A stretch of DNA of 64,000 nt from Bdellovibrionales bacterium Ga0074137. Its GTDB lineage: Bacteria > Bdellovibrionota > Bdellovibrionia > Bdellovibrionales > JAMPXM01. The notes below the pieces were generated by a model. The model searched no databases, was not told the DNA's origin, and saw only the letters and a program-made list of their open reading frames with translations. Below are positions 9,584 to 19,299 of the stretch, piece after piece. Positions within the stretch are counted from its first letter, which is position 1. Each line of letters opens with the position of its first letter. The stretch is from the NCBI GenBank assembly GCA_001464715.1, contig LNDT01000013.1, positions 19,823-83,822 on the forward strand, in the 5' to 3' direction. The position numbers and the translations under genes are program-made.

Positions 9584-10679
9584 GCTCGCGGGCGCGTCGG
9601 CGCTGACGCTCTTTGTACTGATCGTGGGCCGTGGGGCCGGTCAGATTTTTCTGCCATGTCGCTTCGTCCATGATCTGGATTTCGAAGGGATAAAAAAATC
9701 GGAAAGATCTTTCAATCGCGCCGTGACCGATCGGCACTGCGATCAGCTTTCGATTGATGAACTTGATAAATCGGTGATCGGGCCCAGAGAACTGATTCAT
9801 CTTTTCTTTGAATTCCGCACGGCTCGAATGCTCTTCAAGACTTCGCTTGAGCCACTCCTCGATCACGGCCTCTGATATAGCCCCCGCCCCCGCTTGGGAG
9901 TGCTCGAGTTCCTCCATCGACTCCATGAAAAGGTTGAGAGGAAAAAGAGTGTTCGAGCTTTGATCAGGAATGATGTGCGGAAAACTTACGATGTTCGATT
10001 CGACCAGAAAACGAACGACACGAAATGAATCGAAGATATTTTTTGTAACGAACCGAACACCCAGCTTATCAAGTAATGTCAGCGCCACGCGCTCGGGACG
10101 CGCCAAAAGTTTGATGACCGACGACGCCGTTGTTTTAAATGGTTTTACTTCAAGTCTCTCAATTTCAATTCGTTCACTCGCGGAGACGAACGTCTTTCCG
10201 TCCTCGGTCACAATGCAAGCTTCGAGCGGTTTAAGAATTTGCTGCTGGATCTCGTCCCGGAATGCGGAAAACAGGTCATTTCTCAAATGCACATAAACGT
10301 GCATGACTTTTAACAGTGCGCACGCCCACTTTTGAAGATGAATGGTTGCAGGGTCTTTCCGGCTGGCGTGAATGAGAAGATCCGTAATGTCTTCAAGCTT
10401 CGTGGGGTCATGAAGCTCCGTCGGAATTTCTTCGCCCTCATCTAAAAGCTGCTCTCGAATCATCGCCAACGCGCGACCATGCGTCGCCCAGAGGTCAGCA
10501 ACCTGCGCCGGATCATCTAAATTGTAGCCGTAGGTTTGAACGAAATCGCGCGCCTGCTCGCGCGTGAAAATTTCAAGCCGCGCCAAATCCAAAGCCGATC
10601 GTCCACCGACGACACAATCAAGTGTCGCGCGGGAGAATGCGAACGGAGAAACCGAAAGTGGCTTTGAGGTCTGCGGCAT
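9552..10679 (-). CDS. divergent RelA/SpoT-like nucleotidyltransferase-fold protein (function unknown)
   Basis: 375 aa. The segment KPFKTTASSVIKLLARPE...LLDKLGVRFVTKN resembles the GRxKxxxSIxxKLxR...DxxGxR block. The segment FEIQIMDEATWQKNLTGPTAHDQYKERQ resembles the EhQIRT...H...YK block of alarmone-synthetase domains. The ORF is certain; the family assignment is tentative. Confidence 0.5.
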   Translation of the reverse strand: MPQTSKPLSVSPFAFSRATLDCVVGGRSALDLARLEIFTREQARDFVQTYGYNLDDPAQVADLWATHGRALAMIREQLLDEGEEIPTELHDPTKLEDITDLLIHASRKDPATIHLQKWACALLKVMHVYVHLRNDLFSAFRDEIQQQILKPLEACIVTEDGKTFVSASERIEIERLEVKPFKTTASSVIKLLARPERVALTLLDKLGVRFVTKNIFDSFRVVRFLVESNIVSFPHIIPDQSSNTLFPLNLFMESMEELEHSQAGAGAISEAVIEEWLKRSLEEHSSRAEFKEKMNQFSGPDHRFIKFINRKLIAVPIGHGAIERSFRFFYPFEIQIMDEATWQKNLTGPTAHDQYKERQRRRARERVLGLSNETL

Positions 10680-10690
10680 ATGCCGCTATC

Positions 10691-11356
10691 TTATTGGCAG
10701 CGAAAGAATTGGCAAGTCGGAACACGGAAATCACCGATCGACCCAGCAGCTCCTTGGCCACCGCCGTCCCAACGGCGCGTGTTGTCGTAGTCAAAGCGGC
10801 CGTAAAAAATGTCGCCGTTGAATGTACCCTCAAGCTCTACACTTCCGTACTCATCCGAGAATGTGATGTAGGCACGATTGCCTTGCACATATCCCGTCGC
10901 AGAAGTGAAAATGCGAGACAGAGCCGGAACAACTTCACCATTTGCATCGGGGCGCCCCGTGTACTCATCATAGACGGCAACAAACATTTTTGAATCTGCA
11001 CGTATGTTCATTTGAGTCGTGTTGGAAGGATTCAAAATTCCAGATTGAAGCTCAACACGCCCACCCAAGTACACTCCAGTTCCGCCGGAGGCATCTGAAG
11101 AAACGTAGCCCAAGACTTCCGGTGCCCAGCGCCCTTCAATAAATCCAGAGACTGAGTCTTGAAATGAATCCTGAGATGAGTTCCCACGAATATCACCATT
11201 CAACGTTATTCCTGCGGACTGCGCCCACTGGTTGTTGGGTGCGAGTGTCGCCTGGCTTCGATCGATCGGTGTTGCGCCTTGCTCTTTCGAGCAGCCCATC
11301 ACGGTCATCGCAAGAAGAAGCAGCGAGAACACTGAACGCGTTGTTAGACTTTTCAT
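10691..11356 (-). CDS. hypothetical lipoprotein
   Basis: 221 aa with a lipoprotein signal (LLLLAMTVMGCSKEQ). No family recognised. Confidence 0.55.
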   Translation of the reverse strand: MKSLTTRSVFSLLLLAMTVMGCSKEQGATPIDRSQATLAPNNQWAQSAGITLNGDIRGNSSQDSFQDSVSGFIEGRWAPEVLGYVSSDASGGTGVYLGGRVELQSGILNPSNTTQMNIRADSKMFVAVYDEYTGRPDANGEVVPALSRIFTSATGYVQGNRAYITFSDEYGSVELEGTFNGDIFYGRFDYDNTRRWDGGGQGAAGSIGDFRVPTCQFFRCQ

Positions 11357-11494
11357 TTCACACCTCTGACATAGGACTAGGGCAAGTCGTGGGCCAACGG
11401 AAATCCGTCCGTCGTGCCAACCATTTTGATCTGACGAGATTCAAAATTTGAAAGCCCATGATTGCAAACAGGTGACAAAACCTTCGACAGCCTT

Positions 11495-11511
11495 CGTCTC
11501 AAATTGAGACG
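11495..11511 (-). other. small hairpin (CGTCTCA-AAT-TGAGACG)
   Basis: 7-bp perfect inverted repeat read directly from the sequence, downstream of fadJ. Confidence 0.4.
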
Positions 11512-11525
11512 GCCTCGAACGAACA

Positions 11526-11556
11526 GAGCCGCTGCGGATTTGAATCCCAGCGGCTC
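11526..11556 (-). terminator. strong hairpin downstream of fadJ (possible terminator)
   Basis: GAGCCGCTG...CAGCGGCTC form 9-bp perfect arms. Five more inner pairs (GGATT/AATCC) are separated from them by a single bulged C. The hairpin lies about 70 nt after the fadJ stop on the minus strand, with no clean U-tract. Confidence 0.3.
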
Positions 11557-11577
11557 CTCGATTGGTATCTATATATG

Positions 11578-11611
11578 TATATGTCGGCATATATGTCGGC
11601 TATATGTCGGC
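11578..11611. repeat. 3 direct copies of TATATGTCGGC at 12- and 11-bp phasing
   Basis: Exact copies at 11578-11588, 11590-11600 and 11601-11611, in the intergenic region between the fadJ stop (11628) and the lipoprotein gene start (11356). Confidence 0.9.
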
Positions 11612-11627
11612 CAGACGTTGCAGGCTT

Positions 11628-13769
11628 CTACGAGTAGAACTTGCGGTCCGTTTTCGCCATGTTCTTGAGCGGCGTGCAGGGCTTAAACCGCTGCCCGTAT
11701 TTTCCAGCCAGGACTTCTAGCTCGTCGCAAATAAGCTTTGCGCCAACAGTGTCCGCATAACGCAAAAGTCCTCCACGAAACGGCGGAAAACCCGTCCCCG
11801 TGATCATCGCCAAATCCACTTCATCTGGAGTCTCAACGATACGCTCTTCGATCAATGAAAGAGCGGCTTCGTTGATCATCGGAAAGATTCCGCGACGGAT
11901 CGTCTCGTCCGCCGAAAGCTTGTCGGAAGGCGAAGAAAGACCAAGATCCGTGTAGACAGTTGTATCGATCTCAAGCTGCTTTCCCTTTTCGTCGTAGAGA
12001 TAAAAACCTTTTCGGTTCTTTTTCCCCAATCGCCCCGAGGCTGAAAGCTTCTTCATCACTGGCGGGATCATGATTCGTTCGCCCAATGACTCATTAAAGA
12101 TCTTTGAGACTTTAATGCAGACGTCGATACCGATCTCATCCATCAAAGTGAAAGGCCCCATCGGCATACCGAATTCTTTTTTGTACCGTCGATCGACGGT
12201 CTCAATCGACATTCCATCTTCAAGAAGCCACGCCGCTTCAATGAGGTAAGGAACCAAGATTCGGTTCACCAAAAAGCCCGGTCCATCTTTGACCACGACC
12301 GGAAGTTTCCCCATGCGCTTAGAGAGTTCAAAAATCGTCGCAACGGCTTCATCGCTCGACTTTTCACCGCGAATGACTTCGACCAAAGGCATTTTGTGAA
12401 CAGGATTAAAAAAGTGCATCCCGACAAAATTCGCCGGATTCGGATGCCCCTTGGCCATCTCTGTTACTGACAAGGAGGATGTATTGGTTGCAATCACACA
12501 CTCCGGCTTACAGTGTGCCGCCGTATCTGCGATCACTTTCTTTTTGATATTCATGTCTTCAACGATGGCTTCGATCACGACGTCAAGCTGACCGAATCCT
12601 GCAAAATCAAGCCCTCCTGAGACGCGAGACATCTTTCGATTGAATTCATACCGATCAATCTTTTTTCTTTTTACGAGCTTGTCCCACAGATCTCGCGCGT
12701 GCTTAAGACCTAAAGAAACGGCCGCATAATTGATATCCTTCATGCGAACATCGATACCCTTGTCGGCCGCGACGTACGCAATTCCGCCGCCCATTGTTCC
12801 CGCACCAAGAACCGCGAGACTCTTCACGGGACGCGCTTTCACGTCGCCCGAAACACCCGTCTTCTTTTTCACAGACTCCATCAAGTAAAAGACATTGATA
12901 AGGTTTTTAGAAACGTCTGTGACTGCGACTTCACAAAATCCATCAAGTTCTGTGGCCAAAGCTTTTTCGCGATTTGAAAAACCGTAGGTTTTTTCAATCA
13001 CGTCAATCGCCTTGAGCGGCGCAGGGTAATGTCCACCCGTTTGTTTTCTAGTTCCGTCTTTCCATTTGCCGATGACAAAGGATCTCGCCGGAGAAAGCTC
13101 CATCACAGCGCCCATGGCACCTTTTGGTTTAAAGCGCTTTACGCGCTTTCCCTTTGCAGCGACCTCGGAGGCCATTTTCAATGCGACTTCTTCCAAAGTC
13201 GACACATGGACAACACGGTCCACAAGCCCAAGCTTCTCGGCTTTTCGTGAATCGACCGCTTTACCTTGAACGATAATGTCCAATGCCGCTTGATATCCGA
13301 TCGCTCGCGGAAGCCGGACGCAGCCGCCAAAACCCGGAATAATTCCGAGTTTTACTTCGGGAAGACCGATTTTTGTCGACGGGTCATCACTTGCGATGCG
13401 GTAGTCGCAGGCGAGTGACATCTCACATCCCCCACCCATGCACGCACCGTGGATGGCCGCAATGACGGGAATTCTCATATCCTCTAGCAGATTAAAAATA
13501 TCGTGAGCCTTGGTTACGGCCACACGGTAGTCTTCGACTTTCTTCATTGCGCGAATCTCTTCGATGTCGGCGCCGGCAATGAAGATAGAAGGCTTTCTGG
13601 AAATAATCACGGCGGCTTTAAAGGGCCCAGCCGCCACTTCTTTCACGACCTCTTGAAGTCGAAACATCACGGGCGTTGAAAGCTTATTTACTTTCTCACC
13701 AACCAGATCGAGTTCGATCAAAGCGATGTCGCCCTTAGACACAAGCCGAATGGATTCTTGAATACTCAT
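11628..13769 (-). CDS. fadJ: fatty-acid oxidation complex alpha subunit (enoyl-CoA hydratase / 3-hydroxyacyl-CoA dehydrogenase)
   Basis: 713 aa with an N-terminal crotonase domain and a C-terminal 3HCDH domain (LGAGTMGGGIA). It lies downstream of a long thiolase, as in fadI-fadJ. Confidence 0.8.
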   Translation of the reverse strand: MSIQESIRLVSKGDIALIELDLVGEKVNKLSTPVMFRLQEVVKEVAAGPFKAAVIISRKPSIFIAGADIEEIRAMKKVEDYRVAVTKAHDIFNLLEDMRIPVIAAIHGACMGGGCEMSLACDYRIASDDPSTKIGLPEVKLGIIPGFGGCVRLPRAIGYQAALDIIVQGKAVDSRKAEKLGLVDRVVHVSTLEEVALKMASEVAAKGKRVKRFKPKGAMGAVMELSPARSFVIGKWKDGTRKQTGGHYPAPLKAIDVIEKTYGFSNREKALATELDGFCEVAVTDVSKNLINVFYLMESVKKKTGVSGDVKARPVKSLAVLGAGTMGGGIAYVAADKGIDVRMKDINYAAVSLGLKHARDLWDKLVKRKKIDRYEFNRKMSRVSGGLDFAGFGQLDVVIEAIVEDMNIKKKVIADTAAHCKPECVIATNTSSLSVTEMAKGHPNPANFVGMHFFNPVHKMPLVEVIRGEKSSDEAVATIFELSKRMGKLPVVVKDGPGFLVNRILVPYLIEAAWLLEDGMSIETVDRRYKKEFGMPMGPFTLMDEIGIDVCIKVSKIFNESLGERIMIPPVMKKLSASGRLGKKNRKGFYLYDEKGKQLEIDTTVYTDLGLSSPSDKLSADETIRRGIFPMINEAALSLIEERIVETPDEVDLAMITGTGFPPFRGGLLRYADTVGAKLICDELEVLAGKYGQRFKPCTPLKNMAKTDRKFYS

Positions 13770-13799
13770 AGATGCTGTCCCTTTTCCAATTCTTTAATA

Positions 13800-15167
13800 T
13801 CAAATTTCGTTTTGAATAATCATGGCGCCGCCCTGGCCGCCGCCAATGCAAAGTGTGGCTAAGCCAAATTCTTTTCCACTTCGCTTCAGCTGCTTCATCA
13901 ATGTCAAAACAAGGCGAGTTCCCGTTGTTCCCACAGGGTGCCCCAACGCGATCGCGCCGCCGTTGACGTTGAGCTTATCCATATCGATCCGGCCCACAGC
14001 CTTTGGAAGATCAAGTTTCTCTTGGGCAAACTTGTCACTTTCAAAAGCACGCGTGCAGGCAAGCACTTGAGCCGCGAAAGCTTCGTTGAGCTCGATCAAA
14101 TCCATATCTGCCAAAGTAAGGCCTGCACGGCGAAGCGCGATCGGCGTCGAATAAACCGGCCCCAGCCCCATGCGCTCAGGCTCTAAGCCAGCAAACGCGT
14201 AAGAAAGAATTCGAGCGATGGGTTTATAGCCAAGCGCTTCTGCTTTTTCTCGGCTCATAACAAGGACCATCGCGGCGCCATCAGTGATCGGGCAGGCATT
14301 ACCTGCCGTCACGGTTCCATTTTTGCGATCAAAAATCGGCTTTAATTTCGCAAGAGCTTCCATCGACTGCCCATCGCGAGGCCCGATGTCGAGCTCGACG
14401 ACTTCTTTGTACTGTGGAGGCAAAAACACTGGCGTAATTTCTGCGGCAAAGTTTCCGTTCTTTTGCGCTGCGACCGCTTTTTGGTGAGACGCTAAAGCAA
14501 ATCGGTCCTGCTCCTCCCGCGAGATGCTCCACTCTTTCGCCAAAAGTTCCGCAGTGTCTCCCATGTTTTTTCCAACAAAAGGATCCGTTAAACCTTCAAC
14601 GATGGCGATGCGTGGCTTGTAGGGAGCCTTCGCCATCGGGCTTGTCGTAAGTAAACCGACGATGGACTTTAAGTCAGCACCCACAAGACCTGCCAAAGCC
14701 TGGATCTGTTGGACCGGTGATCTTGCAGAACCCAGTGTCGCAATCGCTTTTGTAACTTCCGCAGAATAAATCAGTGGCATTTGCGACATGCTCTCGGTTC
14801 CGCCGGAAATGACGACGTCGGCAATTCCCGACTTAATTTTATCAAACGCGCCGCTGATGCTCTCCAAAGCGGACGCGCAGTTTCGGTGCACTGTGTGCGC
14901 GGAAACTTTTTGCGGAACTCCTGCGTTCAACGCAACGACGCGACCGATATTGACCGCGTCCGAAGGACTTCCTGTGTTTCCGATGATCACTTCATCAATC
15001 AAATTCACATCGAGATTCGTTCGAGCCAAAAGCTCTTTTAAGGCAATTCGCCCGAGCTCGGCGGGATGAACGGTTTTTAGTTTCGTGTCGGCTTTAGCGA
15101 ATGGTGTTCGGATTCCATCGACAATCACAACATCGCGCGGACTTTTGCTTTGCGGGGCTCTAGACAT
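13800..15167 (-). CDS. fadI: 3-ketoacyl-CoA thiolase (acetyl-CoA acyltransferase)
   Basis: 455 aa with the thiolase active-site regions (RNCASALESI; NVNGGAIALGHPVG; CIGGGQGGA). Confidence 0.8.
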   Translation of the reverse strand: MSRAPQSKSPRDVVIVDGIRTPFAKADTKLKTVHPAELGRIALKELLARTNLDVNLIDEVIIGNTGSPSDAVNIGRVVALNAGVPQKVSAHTVHRNCASALESISGAFDKIKSGIADVVISGGTESMSQMPLIYSAEVTKAIATLGSARSPVQQIQALAGLVGADLKSIVGLLTTSPMAKAPYKPRIAIVEGLTDPFVGKNMGDTAELLAKEWSISREEQDRFALASHQKAVAAQKNGNFAAEITPVFLPPQYKEVVELDIGPRDGQSMEALAKLKPIFDRKNGTVTAGNACPITDGAAMVLVMSREKAEALGYKPIARILSYAFAGLEPERMGLGPVYSTPIALRRAGLTLADMDLIELNEAFAAQVLACTRAFESDKFAQEKLDLPKAVGRIDMDKLNVNGGAIALGHPVGTTGTRLVLTLMKQLKRSGKEFGLATLCIGGGQGGAMIIQNEI

Positions 15168-15458
15168 ACGATCCTCCGGTAAACTTAAACGGTCGAAATT
15201 CTTACGCTTTTATTGTGAGAGCGAACCGGGCGCGAAGTCTCGTTCAATCTTCGATTTCAGGACAGCGTTTCATCGGTATTGTCAGTTTCGGCCTCTAAAC
15301 AGGCTAAAAATGAGGCACCTAGACGTGTAACCATCTAGGCCGTCTTCTTGAAGCGTCGCTTTGTTATGACGGCGCGATTTGACTTGGAGAACCGCGCTCC
15401 CTAGTCTCGAAGCCACGATGCTAACGCATAGCTGCATCGTAGCCTGAGGGAAGCACTT

Positions 15459-17822
15459 ATGTCTAAAGAGAAAACTCCAGAAGTACCCGACAAACCGAAG
15501 TCGAAAGAGAAAACACAGCTCGATCGCGACGCTCTTGATTATCACATGCGTCCAACGCCAGGAAAAGTCGAAGTCATTTCCAGTAAAGCAGTTTCCAGCG
15601 AGCGCGCCTTGTCGCTCGCCTACTCCCCAGGAGTCGCTGCCCCTTGTTTAGAGATCGCGAAAGATCCTGAAAAAGTTTACGACTACACGACCAAGGGAAA
15701 TCTTGTCGCTGTCATTACTAACGGCACCGCAGTCCTTGGTCTTGGAGACATTGGACCACTCGCCGGAAAACCCGTTATGGAGGGTAAAGGCGTTCTTTTT
15801 AAAATGTTCGCAAACATCAACGTGTTTGATCTCGAACTTGAAACGAAGTCCGTCGACGAATTTTGTGCAGCCGTAAAAGCGCTCGAACCCACTTTCGGTG
15901 GAATTAATCTTGAAGACATCAAAGCGCCCGAGTGTTTTGAAATCGAAGAGCGCTTAAAGCGCGAAATGAAAATTCCAGTCTTTCACGACGATCAGCACGG
16001 GACCGCCATCATTACCGGCGCAGCTTTACTCAACGCCTGTGAAGTGACGAACCGAAAGATGGGCGACATTAAGCTTGTGATGAACGGCGCTGGCGCCGCT
16101 TCGATTTCTTGCGGACGCATTTTTATGGCCCTCGGTGTTCGTCCTGAAAATATCATTATGTGTGACTCAAAAGGCGTCGTCTATAAGGGCCGAAAAGACG
16201 GCATGAACAAATACAAAGAGCAGTTCGCGGTCGATACCAAAGATCGCACTTTGACCGATGCACTGAAAGGCGCCGACGTCTTCGTGGGTCTTTCTGTGGC
16301 CGGAGCAATGACCGAAGAGATGTTAAAGGTCATGGCGAAGAACCCCATCATTTTCGCGATGGCCAATCCAGATCCTGAAATTGATCCGCCGACGGCGAAA
16401 CGAATTCGTCCGGACTGCATTATTGCAACAGGCCGTTCAGACTACGCGAACCAAGTGAACAACGTTCTTGGTTTCCCGTTCATTTTCCGAGGTGCGCTGG
16501 ACGTTCGAGCGACTCAGATCAATGAAGAAATGAAACTTGCGGCGGTTCGCGCTCTTGCAAAACTCGCCAAAGAAGAAGTCCCAGAAAAAGTTTCGGCCGC
16601 TTACGGCGGGCAAAGCTTTAGCTTTGGACCTGAGTACTTGATTCCAAAACCTTTCGACCCGCGTGTGCTCTTATGGGTGACTCCGGCGGTCGCGAAAGCG
16701 GCGATGGATTCGGGCGTTGCTGGAAAACCGATCGCGGATTTTCAAGCTTACCGTGACCGTCTTGAAGCGCTTCAAGGCGCCCGCACAGGTTTTGTTCGCT
16801 CGGTCATGCACCGGGTAAAAAATCAGGCCAAATCGTCCGGCAAAGATCTTCCGATTGTCGTTTTCCCGGAAGGTGCGTCGACAAAAATTTTAAAAGCGCT
16901 TCAGACCATCGTTCACGAAGGAATTATTCGTCCGGTACTTTTGGGTTACAAAGATCAGATCGCGGAACGAATGGATATTTTGGGTTTTGACGACCTAAAG
17001 AATCTTCCGATCGTTCACCCCTCGCAGCACCCAAAATACCGCGAGTACGTCGACAAACTTTACGACATGAGAAATCGCAAAGGTGTCATGGGTCGGGAAG
17101 CAGAACGCCTCATGGCTGATCCGGATTACTTCGCATCGATGATGGTCCACATGGGCGACGCTCATGCGCTTGTCACGGGGGCCACACAGAATTACTCGGA
17201 CTGCGTAAAACCAATTTTTGAAATCATCGGCGCGGGACAACGAAAAACAGCGAGCGGCCTCAATATGGTCCTCTTTAAAAACAAGATGCTGTTTTTCGCC
17301 GACACCGCCGTCAACATCAACCCAACCGCAGAACAGATTGCGACTATTGCAATTCATGCGGCACGCGTGGCCGAGTACTTTAAAATTCAACCGCGTATCG
17401 CGATGCTTTCTTACACGAACTTCCGTTCTCGCGGCGAAAGCCCCAGCAAAATGAAGCAGGCCGCAGAGATTGTGAAAAAACGGTATCCGCACCTCATCGT
17501 CGATGGCGAAATGCAGGCCGACACAGCGGTGAACCCCGACATCGTCGAGCGAATTTTTCCTTTCTGCGAAGTGAAAAACGGCGCCAATATTCTGATTTTC
17601 CCAAATCTCGATGCGGGAAATATCAGTTATAAGTTGGTTCAGCAGCTGGGTGGCGGCGAGGTTATCGGGCCTTTCCTCATGGGAATTCAAAAGCCCGCGA
17701 ATGTGCTTCAGCGCACCTGCACGGTCGACGATATCGTGAACACGGTCGCGCTCACGGCGCTAGAGGCTCAGGCCTTCATGGAAGCAAGCTCAACGTATCC
17801 AGGCCCCGGCGAACGTAGTTAG
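15459..17822 (+). CDS. maeB: NADP-dependent malic enzyme (malic enzyme + PTA-like domain)
   Basis: 787 aa with a malic-enzyme N-terminal half ([18 protein letters not shown]) and a phosphate-acetyltransferase-like C-terminal half. Confidence 0.85.
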   Translation: MSKEKTPEVPDKPKSKEKTQLDRDALDYHMRPTPGKVEVISSKAVSSERALSLAYSPGVAAPCLEIAKDPEKVYDYTTKGNLVAVITNGTAVLGLGDIGPLAGKPVMEGKGVLFKMFANINVFDLELETKSVDEFCAAVKALEPTFGGINLEDIKAPECFEIEERLKREMKIPVFHDDQHGTAIITGAALLNACEVTNRKMGDIKLVMNGAGAASISCGRIFMALGVRPENIIMCDSKGVVYKGRKDGMNKYKEQFAVDTKDRTLTDALKGADVFVGLSVAGAMTEEMLKVMAKNPIIFAMANPDPEIDPPTAKRIRPDCIIATGRSDYANQVNNVLGFPFIFRGALDVRATQINEEMKLAAVRALAKLAKEEVPEKVSAAYGGQSFSFGPEYLIPKPFDPRVLLWVTPAVAKAAMDSGVAGKPIADFQAYRDRLEALQGARTGFVRSVMHRVKNQAKSSGKDLPIVVFPEGASTKILKALQTIVHEGIIRPVLLGYKDQIAERMDILGFDDLKNLPIVHPSQHPKYREYVDKLYDMRNRKGVMGREAERLMADPDYFASMMVHMGDAHALVTGATQNYSDCVKPIFEIIGAGQRKTASGLNMVLFKNKMLFFADTAVNINPTAEQIATIAIHAARVAEYFKIQPRIAMLSYTNFRSRGESPSKMKQAAEIVKKRYPHLIVDGEMQADTAVNPDIVERIFPFCEVKNGANILIFPNLDAGNISYKLVQQLGGGEVIGPFLMGIQKPANVLQRTCTVDDIVNTVALTALEAQAFMEASSTYPGPGERS

Positions 17823-17835
17823 GACCCACGGTCAC
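17823..17835 (-). repeat. 13-mer copy (plus strand reads GACCCACGGTCAC)
   Basis: Exact and intergenic. It starts 1 nt after the maeB stop codon (17820-17822). Confidence 0.95.
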
Positions 17836-17863
17836 CGATCAAAGCCGCCTTGGCTTTGGTCGG
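17835..17863 (+). terminator. hairpin after maeB (terminator-like, no immediate T-run)
   Basis: CCGATCAAAGCC-GCCTT-GGCTTTGGTCGG forms a 12-bp stem with one G-T pair. It starts at the last base of the 13-mer copy at 17823. Confidence 0.25.
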
Positions 17864-18058
17864 GTCCAGCTTCCAAGCTGCTGAAATATTATAGTTTTTC
17901 CCTGATTTGACGAACCTCTTGAATCTCGACCCAGACCTCTTCACAATTAGAAGAGGGGGACTCAAAACATCGGAAAACGAGACGTAACAACCCAACCGCT
18001 CTCTCAGCGCTGGGAATCGGGAAAAACTCTTCTCAAACCAAAAGAACGAATCGTTTGC

Positions 18059-19294
18059 GTGGGCGTCGGTTTAAAATCCGAAGTCTTCACCGAGTTAAAA
18101 GAAAGTCTCTTCGAGCTTGAAGAACTAGCTACCGCTGCCGGTGGCGAAGTCGTAGGTTCCATCACTCAAGTGCTTCAGGCGTACAACCCCGCCACTCTCA
18201 TCGGAACCGGAAAAGTTTCCGAAATTGGAGACCTCGTTCGCGAATCGCGCGCCAGTGTCGTCGCCGTTGATCATCAACTTTCGGGCGTTCAAATTCGAAA
18301 CTTAGAGAACGAGTGGAAAGTTCGCGTCGTCGATCGAAACCAAGTTATCTTAGACATTTTCGCTCAGCGCGCACAAACCTACGAAGGTAAACTTCAGGTT
18401 GAACTGGCACAGATGCTGGATCAATTGCCTCGCATGGTTGATGCGTGGATGGGGTCTTTGTCGAGACAAGGTGGCGGAATCGGAACACGCGGTCCCGGAG
18501 AATCGGCGCTTGAAATGGACCGTCGTCGAATTAAAGAACGCGTGAAGGCCATCAAAAAGCAACTCGACAACGTTCGTCAGCACCGATCCCAGCACCGTTC
18601 CTCAAGGCGAAGAAACCGCATTCCAAGTTTTGCTCTGATCGGCTACACGAACGCAGGCAAATCGACGATCCTCAATCAACTGACTCAATCGAACGTGCTT
18701 GCAAAGGATCAGCTCTTTGCGACGTTGGATCCTACGACCAGAAAAGTTCATCTGGACGGAGCACCTCCTTCGGTTGTGACCGACACCGTGGGTTTTATCC
18801 GTCGCCTCCCCACGAACTTGATTGAAGCTTTTAAAGCGACTCTCGAAGAATCCGCGGAAGCTGATATTTTGATTCACGTCATTGATCTGTCATCAGACCA
18901 AATGCAGACGCAGATTGAGGTCGTTGAAAAACTGATGATTGAATTCGGCTGGCAAGCAAAGCCCGTGATCCATGTCTTTAACAAGGTCGACCGCGCTGGG
19001 TTTGAAAAACAGTTCCAGGTAAAAGCATTTCCTAGGGTCTTTGCCAGTGGTCTCACGGGCGAAGGTATTGAACGCTTAAAGCGTCTGATGGTCGAACAGA
19101 TCGAAGCACTTTCCAATGAAGTCGAACTTTTCATTCCGAAGCTTTCTGAACACACGATTTTTGAAATCGGCCGTGAGACGACGATTTTGAAACGAGAGCA
19201 AGGTTCCAGCGGAACGCTTCTTCGAGTTAATTTGACGTCAGCTCTTTTGAACCGATGGAAAGAGTATCTCGTTACCGTCGATACCTTCGGATAG
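18059..19294 (+). CDS. hflX: GTPase HflX
   Basis: 411 aa with the HflX N-domain and a G-domain (GYTNAGKSTILNQLT, DTVGF). The GTG start at 18059 is the first canonical start in the open frame. Confidence 0.85.
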   Translation: MGVGLKSEVFTELKESLFELEELATAAGGEVVGSITQVLQAYNPATLIGTGKVSEIGDLVRESRASVVAVDHQLSGVQIRNLENEWKVRVVDRNQVILDIFAQRAQTYEGKLQVELAQMLDQLPRMVDAWMGSLSRQGGGIGTRGPGESALEMDRRRIKERVKAIKKQLDNVRQHRSQHRSSRRRNRIPSFALIGYTNAGKSTILNQLTQSNVLAKDQLFATLDPTTRKVHLDGAPPSVVTDTVGFIRRLPTNLIEAFKATLEESAEADILIHVIDLSSDQMQTQIEVVEKLMIEFGWQAKPVIHVFNKVDRAGFEKQFQVKAFPRVFASGLTGEGIERLKRLMVEQIEALSNEVELFIPKLSEHTIFEIGRETTILKREQGSSGTLLRVNLTSALLNRWKEYLVTVDTFG

Positions 19295-19299
19295 ATCAG

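Noticed and set aside
11526-11556. The sequence GGATTTGAATCC looked like a tRNA T-arm, suggesting a tRNA or tRNA fragment.
   Set aside because: The loop is 2-4 nt rather than the 7-nt T-loop. No D-arm, anticodon arm or acceptor pairing can be drawn. It is simply a long hairpin.
16995-17690. Long antisense ORFs: 231 aa opposite maeB, 206 aa at 38452-39072 opposite purL, 198 aa at 43913-44509 opposite purN/purM, and 190 aa at 58166-58738 opposite the Pro-rich gene.
   Set aside because: They lie fully within well-supported genes on the other strand, have low-complexity or Arg/Ser-rich composition, and show no recognisable motifs. These are typical shadow ORFs.
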